This document shows, in pieces, positions 55,384 through 56,161 of a stretch of 56,161 bases of DNA (its first letter is position 1; each line of letters opens with the position of its first letter). Source of the DNA: Chloroflexota bacterium (lineage in GTDB: Bacteria; Chloroflexota; Dehalococcoidia; Lucifugimonadales; Lucifugimonadaceae); assembly GCA_027623795.1 (NCBI GenBank), contig JAQBUX010000001.1, positions 1 through 56,161 on the forward strand, given 5' to 3'. A model generated the notes under the pieces. That model did no database searches. It was not told the DNA's origin and worked only from the letters and a program-made list of their open reading frames with translations. The position numbers and the translations under genes were made by a program.

Positions 55384-55485
55384 GCCGTCTCCCTTGTCGA
55401 AATACCGGGATGGTCGAGCGAGCGCAACATGCGAGCATCCAAAAGTCCGTGACGTGACGTGCCAATGTAGCACCGAGGCGGAAAT

Positions 55486-56064
55486 TTGAGCCATTGGATC
55501 TATGCCACCGTCGCCGTGGGGATGCTGGCCGTGGTCGCATGTTCCGGCGAAGCGTCGCCCGGTTTCGTTGATACGCCGGAGTGTGAATCGATCGAGCGGC
55601 GCGCGGTAGAACAGCCCTTGCGAGAGGTGAGGATCGGCCTGGTCACGGGCGGGGTCGCAGTGACGATCGACGCAGAGGTGGCGGACGACACCGGCTCCCG
55701 GTCGCGCGGACTTATGTGCAGGTCCGAGGTGCCTTCCGGCACCGGGATGTTGTTCCAGTTCGACGGCCTGAACTCTGGACCGTTCTGGATGTTCAACACC
55801 TACGTCCCACTCGATATCCTCTACTTCGACCGATCTGGGAGCGTCGTTGGGTCCGCGACAATGCATCCCTGCCCGAAAGAGCGCGGGGAGTCCGAGGGCG
55901 AGTGGCGCTCGCGTTGTATGGGAGAGTCGACGGGGTATGGTCCGGACGGAAATTACGCGAGCGCGCTCGAACTACCCGCCGGTTGGCTGCTGACGCAGGG
56001 TCATGCGCTGGAACAATTGCCGGATGACTTGCGCCTGGTCGAGTTCGGCCCGGTCAATCCGTGA
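55486..56064 (+). CDS. DUF192-family protein with lipoprotein-type signal
   Basis: Signal VAVGMLAVVAC-SG. Contains RSRGLMCRSEVPSGTGMLFQF...FWMFNTYVPLDILYFD, typical of DUF192. Confidence 0.7.
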   Translation: MSHWIYATVAVGMLAVVACSGEASPGFVDTPECESIERRAVEQPLREVRIGLVTGGVAVTIDAEVADDTGSRSRGLMCRSEVPSGTGMLFQFDGLNSGPFWMFNTYVPLDILYFDRSGSVVGSATMHPCPKERGESEGEWRSRCMGESTGYGPDGNYASALELPAGWLLTQGHALEQLPDDLRLVEFGPVNP

Positions 56065-56161
56065 GCCAACGCGGTCGTCAACAATTTAAGCCGAAAGCTG
56101 CTCCGCCAACCATCTCTCGGTGTACCGATGATCATCGTGACCGCGACCCGTGTTCACATAT

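Noticed and set aside
56086-56161. Possible 3' end of a minus-strand CDS at the window edge (…NTGRGHDDHRYTERWLAEQLSA-stop).
   Set aside because: Only about 25 codons are visible and no family is recognisable, so it cannot be supported.
1-56161. Searched for CRISPR arrays, rRNA, tRNA T-loops (GGTTCGAATCC-like and its complement), transposase/integrase genes and long inverted repeats.
   Set aside because: None were found by eye. The only repeats are the short REP-like families and the 15-bp tandem duplication reported above.

Overview
High-GC window (about 60-65% by eye) from a bacterial chromosome. Gene content and repeat types suggest Chloroflexota or an actinobacterium-like lineage, but that is inference only. 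I can support about 50 protein genes, mostly housekeeping. They include: the tail of an Opp/Dpp ABC ATPase pair; a TPP-riboswitch-controlled thiamine-type ABC importer; an ECF sigma/anti-sigma pair; an LprG-like lipoprotein plus MFS pair; 2-oxoacid dehydrogenase E1alpha/E1beta/E2; folD; an acpS-nnr-coaX-coaBC string; kbl plus an SDR; adenosine deaminase; valS behind a T-box leader; a four-subunit 2-oxoacid:ferredoxin oxidoreductase; polX; secA; prs; ispH. No rRNA, tRNA, CRISPR array, transposase or integrase was recognised. Main signals not visible in the ORF track: (1) an ArsC/Spx-family gene (51516..51878, minus) whose N-terminus is restored only by reading an in-frame TGA at the first Cys of the CxxC motif (UxxC). 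It has a strong SD at the upstream ATG and a stem-loop just after the TGA, so it is a candidate selenoprotein. (2) folD and the E1-alpha gene both appear to start at non-canonical ATT/ATC codons, each 6-7 nt after a perfect GGAGG, because conserved N-terminal residues lie upstream of the first canonical start. (3) A T-box leader with a GUC (Val) specifier precedes valS, and a TPP riboswitch with terminator is wrongly absorbed into the ORF-track start of the thiamine binding protein. (4) A ~0.6 kb low-GC islet carries one reading frame split by an in-frame TAG. (5) An uncharacterised 291-aa gene is translationally coupled to polX. (6) There are two families of short REP-like palindromic repeats. 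Many long Arg/Pro-rich ORFs in the track are antisense shadow ORFs typical of high-GC DNA and were not called.
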